Source of the DNA: Thermincola sp.
Lineage (GTDB): Bacteria > Bacillota > Thermincolia > Thermincolales > UBA2595
Assembly: GCA_032027005.1 (NCBI GenBank)
Contig: JAVSMW010000003.1
Span: 1 to 6,577 of the forward strand
Length of the DNA stretch: 6,577 bases
Reading direction: 5' to 3'
Numbering within the stretch: position 1 is the first letter of the stretch; every line of letters starts with the position of its first letter. The position numbers were made by a program, and so were the translations under genes. Under the pieces are notes generated by a model. The model was not told where the DNA came from. It saw only the letters and a program-made list of their open reading frames with translations, and made no database searches. Positions 1-6,534 of this stretch are shown here, one piece after another.

Positions 1-152
1 ACAACTCTATCAGATTTAAGAGACTGGCTCTCCGTCTTTTATATACTTACCGCAGAATACGTCTTCATATCCGCTGTAGGTTTTCTCATCACCTCACCAT
101 CACCGTCCTAATATGCCACTTGCCAATTTTGCGAGCAGCCCTTTTTCTTCAT
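1..152 (-). CDS. Start of an unidentified gene, translationally coupled to the upstream MerR-like gene. It runs off the left edge and its reading frame is not continuous.
   Basis: ATG 152-150 overlaps the upstream stop TAA 154-152 as TAATG, with AGGGA about 7 nt upstream. No single frame stays open from that ATG. MKKKGCSQNWQVAY*, ..GLLAKLASGILGR*, GDEKTYSGYEDVFCGKYIKDGEPVS* and KTESQSLKSDRV.. occupy three frames. No family recognised. Confidence 0.3.
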
Positions 153-871
153 TAGTTTTCCCTCATAAGACAATCCTCCATAAGATGAACTTCAATATGC
201 TCCGAATCGTAAGCGCCTATTGGATATTCTTTAATCCAGCCCTCAACTCGAAATACTTTACCGCATTTTTCACATTCACAGTTGTCTTCAGTATCAAAAC
301 TATACACAATATCCGGCCCCATATCATCATCAAAACTGCTCTCAGTTTGATGTTTCATCCCACAGATAGTCCTCTAAATCAACTTCCTGCTCTGCACTAC
401 AGTGAGGACACTTAACAGTACGCATAAGTGGGACAGGTCGATAATCATACAAGTCATTAACATCCATGAACGCATCGCCTTCCTGCTCTTTCTGTTTTAT
501 CTTGTTCCAGAAATAGTCTGTTGACATAGAGTCATACTGTACATCGTTTTCTAAACAGTTCTTCCGCAAGAAGCAGCGAACCACGCATTCTTTTCATTTT
601 TTCCTCTACTATACTCCTGCGTTCGATAATTGCCTTTTGGAGCGTCCATTCACCATCCTGTACACCTTTTGATATCTCCACAGGTCAAACCGGACTTTGT
701 GAGTACCTCCAGTTTTCTAAGTGTTGCAACATCTCTCTCCGTAAATTCGACATTCTTGCTATCTGTGATAGCTTTTTCAGACACAAATACCCCATGCTTC
801 TTGAAGTATTTAATTCGATCCCTGTTGATGCCGAGCATTTTTGTAACTTCTTTAGTCTGCATTATTTTCAT
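152..871 (-). pseudogene. MerR-family HTH regulator fused to a split Cys4 zinc-ribbon C-terminal region. It is about 239 aa when four frame segments are joined, and is frameshifted as given.
   Basis: A GAAAGG Shine-Dalgarno-like site precedes ATG 871-869 (the ORF track starts at GTG 877). Four consecutive pieces in different frames read as one protein.
1. MKIMQTKEVTKMLGINRDRIKYFKKHGVF..FTERDVATLRKLEVLTKSGLTCGDIK is a MerR-type N-terminal HTH.
2. VQDGEWTLQKAIIERRSIVEEKMKRMRGSLLLAEELF is helical and too short for the ORF track.
3. NDVQYDSMSTDYFWNKIKQKEQEGDAFMDVNDLYDYRPVPLMRTVKCPHCSAEQEVDLEDYLWDE.
4. ESSFDDDMGPDIVYSFDTEDNCECEKCGKVFRVEGWIKEYPIGAYDSEHIEVHL..
CPHC plus CECEKC supply four Cys. The frame switches lie within about 653-684, 535-590 and 345-375. 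Confidence 0.7.
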
Positions 872-889
872 CGCCACCTTTCATTAAGC

Positions 890-922
890 ATCATACATCA
901 TGGAGACAAATGTCCCCGTCAA
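890..922 (-). promoter_or_regulatory. Putative sigma-70-type promoter of the MerR-like gene, with a dyad inside an over-long spacer
   Basis: On the minus strand, TTGACG (922-917) is followed by a 21-nt spacer and TATGAT (895-890), about 18 nt upstream of the ATG. The spacer contains the imperfect dyad GGaGACA-AA-TGTCcCC (902-917). Confidence 0.3.
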
Positions 923-1084
923 GTGTGTTTTGCAAATTTATAATAATAATATTTCTGAAGATCTTTAGCTCATCAAATTCCTGGTTGTTTATGTGTTCTA
1001 TACTGTCCATTATCATTTTTTTGTCCAGCTATGGGAAATTCAAGCATGGACTCTGAAATCCCCAATGTCATCTATAAAACCCCT

Positions 1085-1127
1085 AAAAAAAGAGGCCAAA
1101 AAATTGCACTTTTCGGCCCCTTTTTTT
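1085..1127. terminator. Candidate bidirectional intrinsic terminator
   Basis: The stem is GGCCAAAA (1094-1101) paired with TTTT(C)GGCC (1110-1118), with one bulged C and an 8-nt loop. It is flanked by A7 (1085-1091) and T7 (1121-1127), so either strand gives a hairpin followed by a U-run. The stem is half A-U and therefore modest. Confidence 0.45.
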
Positions 1128-1141
1128 GCCCATTTTTTGCT

Positions 1142-1195
1142 CCAAAACCACTACATATAGTGGTTGGACTGCCTTATTTGCCCTTCAAACCACTA
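1142..1195. repeat. Three copies of AAACCACTA: an inverted pair forming a perfect 8-bp palindrome, plus a third direct copy 42 bp downstream
   Basis: AACCACTA (1146-1153), CATA, then TAGTGGTT (1158-1165). The pairing extends with a 2-nt bulge to CC (1142-1143) and GG (1166-1167). The direct copy AAACCACTA sits at 1187-1195, against 1145-1153. The set is non-coding and lies between two terminators. Confidence 0.6.
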
Positions 1196-1237
1196 TTCGT
1201 CATCAGAACTATACTCTCCCACGTGCCTTGAGGATAC

Positions 1238-1278
1238 AAAAAAGATGCCGCTTGAGGCTGGAGGGGCCTTGGCGGGCA
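1238..1278 (-). terminator. Intrinsic terminator for the minus-strand NTPase and acidic-ORF transcription unit
   Basis: The minus-strand RNA is UGCC(C)GC..AGGC-CCCUCCA-GCCU..GCGGCA followed by UCUUUUUUG. The forward A6 run is at 1238-1243. The stem is GC-rich (about 6+4 bp with an internal loop) and lies 40 nt downstream of the stop at 1318-1320. Confidence 0.55.
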
Positions 1279-1317
1279 ATCATTTTTGTCAAACTTAAAG
1301 TAATCTATTTCCATAGT

Positions 1318-1767
1318 TTATCGTTCAAATATGGCTTCAATTTCAGAAATATATATTTCTTCTGAACTACTATGACCATGATCTTCGTAATCAGAATCTC
1401 CTGGTTCAAGATAAGAATCAATGACACTTTCAATACCATCTGTATTGACACTTTGAGATAATCATCATATTTGTGTAAGTGTAAATATTTTCATCTAATT
1501 CGGATAAATTTTTCTAATATTTCATTTTCAATATCTTCTGTTACCCATTTCTTTAATTCTTCAGAGTTGCTGCATCTTTATCTAATTCATAATTCTACAT
1601 CGTCTCTATAGTACCAAGTCTTTGTATTCTGGTTTATCAGATCATTAATATCATAGTTGTCACAGTAATCAGAAGTATCTATGTTTTCCACATATGAAGT
1701 AATAGCATTATTTATCGCTGTTTTACCACATTGGCTTAAACCATGAAACATCTTTATTTTTTTTCAT
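1318..1767 (-). pseudogene. Small, strongly acidic hypothetical protein of about 145 aa when the frames are joined. It lies immediately downstream of the NTPase gene and is frameshifted as given.
   Basis: The pieces are:
- MKK..(A8 run).. then MFHGLSQCGKTAINNAITSYVENIDTSDYCDNYDINDLINQNTKTWYYRDDVEL* (1751->1587)
- NYELDKDAATLK
- SEELKKWVTEDIENEILEKFIR
- ELDENIYTYT..
- SVNTDGIESVIDSYLEPGDSDYEDHGHSSSEEIYISEIEAIFER*, with the stop at 1318-1320
The start is either ATG 1767-1765, which needs a 1-nt change in the T8 run at 1757-1764, or ATG 1751-1749. No family recognised. Confidence 0.4.
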
Positions 1768-1816
1768 TATTGCATCTAGACAAAAGATTTATTGTAATTG
1801 ATTAAATCTTCTATGT

Positions 1817-1880
1817 CTAATCTAAAAACAAATCACGAATGCAATCTTCTTTCGAGATAAACCTGTTAATTGAATAATAT
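1817..1880 (-). pseudogene. Distal tail of the coding region interrupted by the IS1182-like element, probably the C-terminus of the STAND-like NTPase gene
   Basis: When 1881-3759 is removed, the frame ..NNWLSHVDILECLLNKKIYSYY (3890-3753) continues without a stop as SINRFISKEDCIRDLFLD*, with the stop at 1817-1819. That gives 64 stop-free codons across the junction in very A+T-rich DNA. Confidence 0.4.
1874..1880. repeat. Left copy of the 7-bp target-site duplication ATAATAT of the IS1182-like element
   Basis: It is identical to 3753-3759 and directly abuts the terminal inverted repeat. Confidence 0.8.
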
Positions 1881-2009
1881 GATTAGGGTGTCAAAAGTAA
1901 ATTTTCCACCCAAAATCGAGGTGATATAAACCCATCTAATTTCCCAGGTTAAAACTTCAGCGAAAAATGCCGAAAAGCCTTGATATATAAGGAAATATGT
2001 CCGTTTTTA

Positions 2010-2018
2010 TGATATAAT
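2010..2018 (+). promoter_or_regulatory. Extended -10 promoter element of the IS1182-like transposase gene
   Basis: TGATATAAT matches TGnTATAAT exactly and lies 38 nt upstream of ATG 2056. GAAAGG at about 2041-2046 is the likely ribosome-binding site. No well-spaced -35 element is present. Confidence 0.4.
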
Positions 2019-2055
2019 AATACCATATAAAACTTCCAATGAAAGGCAGATTACC

Positions 2056-3611
2056 ATGGCATTTAAGCTGAATAAATATCAACCAAATAAGTCTTGAAGA
2101 TAACTTTTTTGCATCTTAATGACCGCGCTAAAAAATTCGTTATGAATTCTTGGGCAAAAGGATTTGCGGATATCATCTTTCCCGCCATTAACGAAGAGCG
2201 TTTTGCAGTTTTATATAGCGACAATGTAGCCTCTCGCCCTAACAGCCCGGTAAATGCGGTAATCGGTTCTTTGATCTTAAAAGAGCTGTTTAACCTGACT
2301 GATGATGAACTTCATGCCAGTATCCTTTGTGATGTGCGGCTTCCAATATGCTCTTCACACAACTAGTTTTAAAAGAGCAGGCCCTTTAGCGACCGCACTT
2401 TTAGCCGCTTTCGCGAAAGGCTCTATCATCATACCCGGGAGACCGGTATTGATCTCTTACAAGAAGAAATGGAAGCAATGGCCCAGGTTTTGCCGAATAC
2501 TTAAACATCAACCCTTCCATGAAACGGATGGATAGCTTGATGGTCTCATCTAGCTGCAAGAAAATGTCCCGGCTGGAGATTCTTTATAGCTGTGTAGCAA
2601 ACATGGTAAAGGCTTTTCCATAAAACTACTGATGATAAACTGCTTCCAACCGGCTTATACATTACCTTAAAGAAGAAGACCGTAATGAAATGATCTATCA
2701 TCGCAAGGGTGAGGAAATCACCTCCAGCTGCAGCAAGTAATTGACGATGCTAATGAACTCATCTCCAAGTTAGATAAAAGCTGCTTTGACCTGAATGAAT
2801 ACCAGCTCCTGCAAAGGGTGCTTAGTGAACAAACCGAAAAGACACCGGAAGGTAAAACCATTCTTAAAGACAAAAAACAAGTTCTCCCCTAATAGCCTGC
2901 AAAAACCCCTCTGACCCGGATGCCACCTATCGAAGCAAAGCTGGGAAGGGCAACAAGGGATATGTCGGCAATCTGGGTAGAAACCTTTGATGATCAGTGC
3001 GCCCTGATTACCTTCTATGATTACCAACAAAACAGTCATAGTGACAGTAGCTTCTGCAAGGAGACCATTGAAAAATTTGGCGAACAGGAAACGTCCATGA
3101 TTTTGCTGGCAGACGGGGCCTACTCCAGTATTGAAAATATGGAGCTAGCCGCGGAATGTAACATCGAACTAATAACGGACCGCCCTACTTGGGAAATCAC
3201 CGGATGAAATCTGGCCGGCTTTCAGCTTGACGATAAAAACAAAGAAGTCATAAAATGTCCCGCCGGTTTTAGTCCCTATAAAACGCGATACTATGAAAAA
3301 ATGCGGGATGTACCGGGCCTCCTTCAACAAAAAAACTTGTGTTCAATGCCCCCTAAGAGATAAATGTGGCGCTAAGCTGCAAAAGAAATCCGCATTTTGT
3401 GATGATATCCGAAAAAATGGTGCAACGGGCAACCTATTTAAAGAAGTTATCAACAGAAGAATACCGCGCCTTAGCCAAGAAACGAAATGGAGTAGAAGGT
3501 CTACCCTCAGTATTACGCAGAAGGTATCAGGTGGATCGAATCCCAGTCAGGGGTTTAGTGCGCTCAAAAATCTGGTTCTCCTTTAAGGTAGGGGCAATCA
3601 ATGTAAAATGA
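2056..3611 (+). pseudogene. IS1182-family DDE transposase with about 10 frame switches as given
   Basis: The pieces read in order as follows.
- MAFKLNKYQPNKS
- LNDRAKKFVMNSWAKGFADIIFPAINEERFAVLYSDNVASRPNSPVNAVIGSLILKELFNLTDDELHASILCDVR
- FQYALHTTSFK
- PFSDRTFSRFRERLYHHTRETGIDLLQEEMEAMAQVL
- LNINPSMKRMDSLMVSSSCKKMSRLEILYSCVANMVKAF
- LQQVIDDANELISKLDKSCFDLNEYQLLQRVLSEQTEKTPEGKTILKDKKQV
- NPSDPDATYRSKAGKGNKGYVGNL
- VETFDDQCALITFYDYQQNSHSDSSFCKETIEKFGEQETSMILLADGAYSSIENMELAAECNIELIT
- LAGFQLDDKNKEVIKCPAGFSPYKTRYYEK
- GMYRASFNKKTCVQCPLRDKCGAKLQKKSAF
- VMISEKMVQRATYLKKLSTEEYRALAKKRNGVEGLPSVLRRRYQVDRIPVRGLVRSKIWFSFKVGAINVK*
The N-terminal region is DUF772-like. The ADGAY and KRNGVEG motifs fit this transposase family as I remember it. 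Confidence 0.8.
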
Positions 3612-3752
3612 GTGTTAAAGAGTGGCACTACTTTTGAACCTTAAGGGTTTATTAACTGTGAATCCCACTCGCTCTTTTTAGGTTTTTAAGAATATACCAG
3701 ATGCAGGTAAGTATTGTTTCCACAATAAATGGGGTTTTTGACAACTCTAATC

Positions 3753-3759
3753 ATAATAT
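3753..3759. repeat. Right copy of the 7-bp target-site duplication ATAATAT
   Basis: It is identical to 1874-1880 and directly abuts the right inverted repeat. Confidence 0.8.
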
Positions 3760-4684
3760 GAATATATTTTTTTATTAAGTAAACATTCCAAAATATCCAC
3801 ATGAGATAACCAATTATTATGGGAGAAGTAGTATCCATAAGCATTACTTAGGTAATTAAATATACCTTCTTGTAGCGAACCTCTTTTATGTCATATTTAC
3901 AAATATTGTGCTGTTATAAAATAATTCTTTTCATCCTCAGTCGCAATATCAATTTTGTCTACTTTACCACTAACAACAAGTTGTAAGAAAATATTGGGTA
4001 ATTCTTCTTCTGAATAACACCGCTCCAGTTGCTTATAATTGCTAATTGAGCACCGTACTTCATTTTAATTCCAATTTGTTATGATCAAATACTGATTTCA
4101 TATAGTCATTTACAGAAGGATTTATTACTCCAATATGCATGCTTCCTTTATTATCTATAATATTAATAATAGACTGATTTAAACGTGATAATATCGATTC
4201 GTAGTTATCTATAGTATAATCGATATTATTCATTTGCGATAATCGGTTATCAAAACATTTTTTTAAAAACTCCATATTCCACGTTAGTATCAGTCAAAGA
4301 ATACATTGTAGATATAAAAGCTCTGTCTACCTCTTGAAGTCGTCTCACAAATTCATTTTTCCATATATCATTAGGATTAGATAAGTTTTTAATTATATAG
4401 TTAAAATATTCAGTAGGGGCCACTTTTAAATAATTTGTAGCATAGGTCACATGCTCTATTATACGGGGCGTATAATTACTATGCTGAACTATTTTCATAT
4501 AATTTTTGTTTCTTTTAATGTTATTGTAGTAATCTGTTGGAATACGCTTATAAATCATATGATTATAGAAAATCTTTGCTTTTTCCAAAGGAGTTATTTC
4601 ATCCATATTTATAGTAAAATTCTTAATTTTCTTCTCTTGAAAGAAAATATTGAATTCTAGAGAACGTTCTTTTGCTTCATTAAA
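3760..4684 (-). pseudogene. Central and C-terminal part of a STAND-like (AAA/P-loop-associated) NTPase. It is cut by two IS elements and also frameshifted.
   Basis: The minus strand reads ..FNEAKERSLEFNIFFQEKKIKNFTINMDEITPLEKAKIFYNHMIYKRIPTDYYNNIKRNKNYMKIVQHSNYTPRIIEHVTYATNYLKVAPTEYFNYIIKNLSNPNDIWKNEFVRRLQEVDRAFISTMYSLTDTNVEY. It continues as FLKKCFDNRLSQMNNIDYTIDNYESILSRLNQSIINIIDNKGSMHIGVINPSVNDYMKSVFDHNKLEL, then NEVRCSISNYKQLERCYSEEELPNIFLQLVVSGKVDKIDIATEDEKNYFITAQYL, then (TAA ATA TGA) HKRGSLQEGIFNYLSNAYGYYFSHNNWLSHVDILECLLNKKIYSYY. The strings EKxxIFYNH, NYTPRIIE and INPSVxDY resemble, from memory, the helical and winged-helix region that follows the P-loop in nSTAND-type NTPases. No Walker motif lies in this segment. 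Confidence 0.55.
4681..4684. repeat. Left copy of the probable TAAA target-site duplication of the IS1380-like element
   Basis: TAAA at 4681-4684 matches TAAA at 6535-6538, provided A6534 belongs to the element. Read as a 5-bp duplication it is TTAAA against ATAAA. Both readings give the same restored empty site. Confidence 0.5.
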
Positions 4685-6534
4685 CTTGAAATCGGAAAGT
4701 AACTTTCCGTATTTGGCTTAAAGGCTTAAAAAGATAAAATTCCAGCAATGGCATTGCGTTTTGAGGTTTGTGAACACCTGACTTTTCAAAGTAAATGGTA
4801 TTACGGTTACGTTACCTACAAAAGCATCGGGATTTAGGGTATAGTTATTAAGCCTCACCCATAAGTGAAATGGGAAAGTGGTTTTAGATAATATGGTTTT
4901 CGGCCTTATTTGAGCATTAGCCCGAACTTACAGCAATCCAGGCTTGTTGGCAAAGGAATATTTGCAACTTTTTTTTGGCGATTTTCAAGACTTTTTGCAA
5001 CCAGGGGTTGGGGGCTAGTTTTATATGCCGATATCGGTTGCTACCAACTATGTTTCCTGGTACATTCAAGATTTTTCGCCGGATAGTTGGTACTTCAAGC
5101 GTGACTATCCTTGCCATCCAACAAAGCCAGTCGAAACCAGTTGAGCAGGTTGTAGGACAATACTTTCAGCCACATAAAGGCTATGTTTCGGTCCATTTCT
5201 TCCTGACTCATTTTTTCAAACCCAATCCCACTTTAAGTTCATCAATTTTGTTCTCAATATTACAGCGCTTATTGTATTCGTGCCATACCCTCCTCCGGGC
5301 TGCACTCGTCACTGGAAGTAACTATGCACTTGGTAATCATAGGTTTCCAGATCAAAACAAAGTTGATCATTAATTACCTTTGATTTCTGGGTCTCCCTGA
5401 TTAACACAAACCTGCGAGCCTTTGACCATTTCGGCAGAGGAAGGGTGATTTCTGCTGCAGCATAGTGTTGGCTTAAAGGTTGCCACTGTTCTTGTTCATC
5501 CAGGTATTTAATGATTTTACGCATCGTACTGGTGATTTTGGCTTTACAAACATACTCAATACAAAGCCCTTCCAGGTAGGCGAAGTTGTCTTCATCAAAG
5601 AAGCCTTTATCCATGCGAATGCCTTTTACAATGATATTCTGGGCAGCCAGAATGTCCAGGGTTTCTTTGAGGAACTCCATAAACTGACCATTGCTGGCTA
5701 CGTTTCCGCTATATAATCTAGCATGAACCAATTCGCAGGTTCCAGAGATAAAAGCTAACCTTTACTTTGTAGGAAGGACGTCCATGATAACGGGGATTGT
5801 ACCCGTTTTTGGCTCCTTCCTGGTTCCGAAAACTGTAAGGACACTATCGTCAATATCCAGCCAGACTTCACGGGGTTTATCAGATTTGGCTTTACGTGAC
5901 AAACACTCCTGATTCACCAGTGACAGTTGGTCCAAAGCTTTCTGGTCACATATCAGACCTAAAAAGTTCCTCAAAGTACTTTCATCCGGCACCTGCGTTA
6001 TCTCTTTGATTTTCTGGTATCCAGGATCGTTTTGCAGTACATTCATATGGGAAAAAACGCAGTAAACCTAATGAAATAGCATCAATCATAGTGTTCCAAT
6101 AACTCAGTGTCGGTATATTTGCAGTTATGATGGCGTTTGAGACGAATACAACTAAGCATACTTCGAAAATCAATAGCCTGTTTGAAAGCTTCTAAAATGC
6201 CGAAATTACCGAAAGCAGTAACCGTCAGATTATCAAAACTGACAGGAAGATTGCAATTACGAATGCGGCGTTGTAGTGAATTCAGTTTCTTTTGATATTC
6301 TCGTTACAATTGACGTTTTGTTGGCGTGACAGAGTTTCCAGTTGATTTGTGGTAATGTTTTGTGATACCATCATTTCAGAGGGTCACCATCCTTTGGAAT
6401 GTTTTGGGTTGCACTTAAACAATTCTCAAAAAGGACTGGTGTTTCCTCTTTTTTTGTCAAAATTTTTGCACAAAAAAATAACTTTAAAGCCTTGATAATA
6501 CTGTGTTTCTACAGTTTACTTTCCGTTTTCAAGA
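4685..6534 (-). mobile_element. IS1380-family insertion sequence, about 1850 bp
   Basis: The terminal inverted repeats are CTTGAAATCGGAAAGTAAC (4685-4703) and the reverse complement of 6514-6533, CTTGAAAACGGAAAGTAAAC. They differ by one mismatch and one 1-nt indel. A 4-5 bp duplication is typical of this family. One transposase reading lies on the minus strand. The GC content is higher than in the flanks. Confidence 0.8.
4917..6374 (-). pseudogene. IS1380-family DDE transposase with about 7 frame switches as given
   Basis: AAAGGATGGTGA lies 9 nt upstream of ATG 6374. The pieces read in order as follows.
- MMVSQNITTNQLETLSRQQNV..
- LPVSFDNLTVTAFGNFGILEAFKQAIDFRSML..
- MIDAISLGLLRF
- MNVLQNDPGYQKIKEITQVPDESTLRNFLGLICDQKALDQLSLVNQECLSRKAKSDKPREVWLDIDDSVLTVFG
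- LVHARLYSGNVASNGQFMEFLKETLDILAAQNIIVKGIRMDKGFFDEDNFAYLEGLCIEYVCKAK..WSKARRFVLIRETQ..ETYDYQ
- VWHEYNKRCNIENKIDELKVGLGLKK
- MSQEEMDRNIAFMWLKVLSYNLLNWFRLALLDGKD
- EVPTIRRKILNVPGNIVGSNRYRHIKLAPNPWLQKVLKIAKKKLQIF..*
The motif order (LDIDxS, RxDxGF, YNxRxxIEnxIxELK) fits IS1380/IS4-like DDE enzymes as I remember them. Confidence 0.8.

Larger units (their letters stand above)
1881..3752 (+). mobile_element. IS1182-family (IS5-like superfamily) insertion sequence, 1872 bp
   Basis: The terminal inverted repeats are GATTAGGGTGTCAAAAG (1881-1897) and the reverse complement of 3733-3752, GATTAGAGTTGTCAAAAACC. The element is flanked by perfect ATAATAT direct repeats. It carries one internal transposase reading on the + strand. 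Its GC content is visibly higher than the A+T-rich DNA it splits. Confidence 0.85.

Noticed and set aside
1-60. Tn916-like tyrosine integrase N-terminus (I*KTESQSLKSDRV compared with the ILKTGESQRKDGRY motif)
   Set aside because: The resemblance is a few residues and requires an in-frame stop and a missing Gly. It is too weak without the rest of the gene.
113-887. Plus-strand ORFs 113-415 and 630-887 from the ORF track
   Set aside because: They lie antisense to the well-supported MerR and zinc-ribbon reading. They have low-complexity Phe/Ser/Leu-rich translations and no start context, so they are antisense shadows.
891-1071. Small minus-strand ORF(s): MTLGISESMLEFPIAGQK.. and MIMDSIEHINNQEFDELKIFRNIIIINLQNTLDGDICLHDV* (1016->891)
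   Set aside because: They are 41 aa, or about 59 aa after a 1-nt repair in the T7 run at 1016-1022. There is no convincing ribosome-binding site and no recognisable family, and they overlap the putative promoter. The evidence is insufficient to call them.
1031-1365. Plus-strand ORFs 1031-1231 and 1126-1365
   Set aside because: They run straight through two terminator hairpins and the AAACCACTA palindrome. They have no ribosome-binding site and their translations are not protein-like.
1719-1742. GLSQCGKT as a Walker A P-loop in the acidic small ORF
   Set aside because: It formally matches GxxxxGKT. However, the protein is only about 145 aa, has no plausible Walker B or surrounding beta-strand pattern, and has the motif at residue 4. 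It is likely coincidental.
1784-1810. Hairpin AAGATTTA-N11-TAAATCTT between the NTPase stop and the acidic ORF start
   Set aside because: The stem is 8 bp with only one G-C pair, in A+T-rich DNA, with no U-run. Such pairs are expected by chance and would be thermodynamically weak.
2770-3039. Minus-strand ORF inside the IS1182-like element
   Set aside because: It is antisense to clear transposase motifs (DPDATYRSKAGKGNKGY is on the + strand), so it is a shadow ORF.
3533-3543. tRNA T-loop-like string GGATCGAATCC
   Set aside because: It sits inside the conserved C-terminal transposase reading (YQVDRIPVRG). No acceptor, D or anticodon arms can be drawn around it.
2056-3611. Programmed ribosomal frameshifting as the explanation for the split transposase frames
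   Set aside because: IS1182 and IS1380 family transposases are not known to use programmed frameshifting. There are about 10 and about 7 switches in both directions, not one -1 site with a slippery heptamer.
4451-5716. Plus-strand ORFs 4451-4660, 4975-5373 and 5480-5716
   Set aside because: They are antisense to the NTPase and IS1380-type transposase readings, with hydrophobic low-complexity translations.
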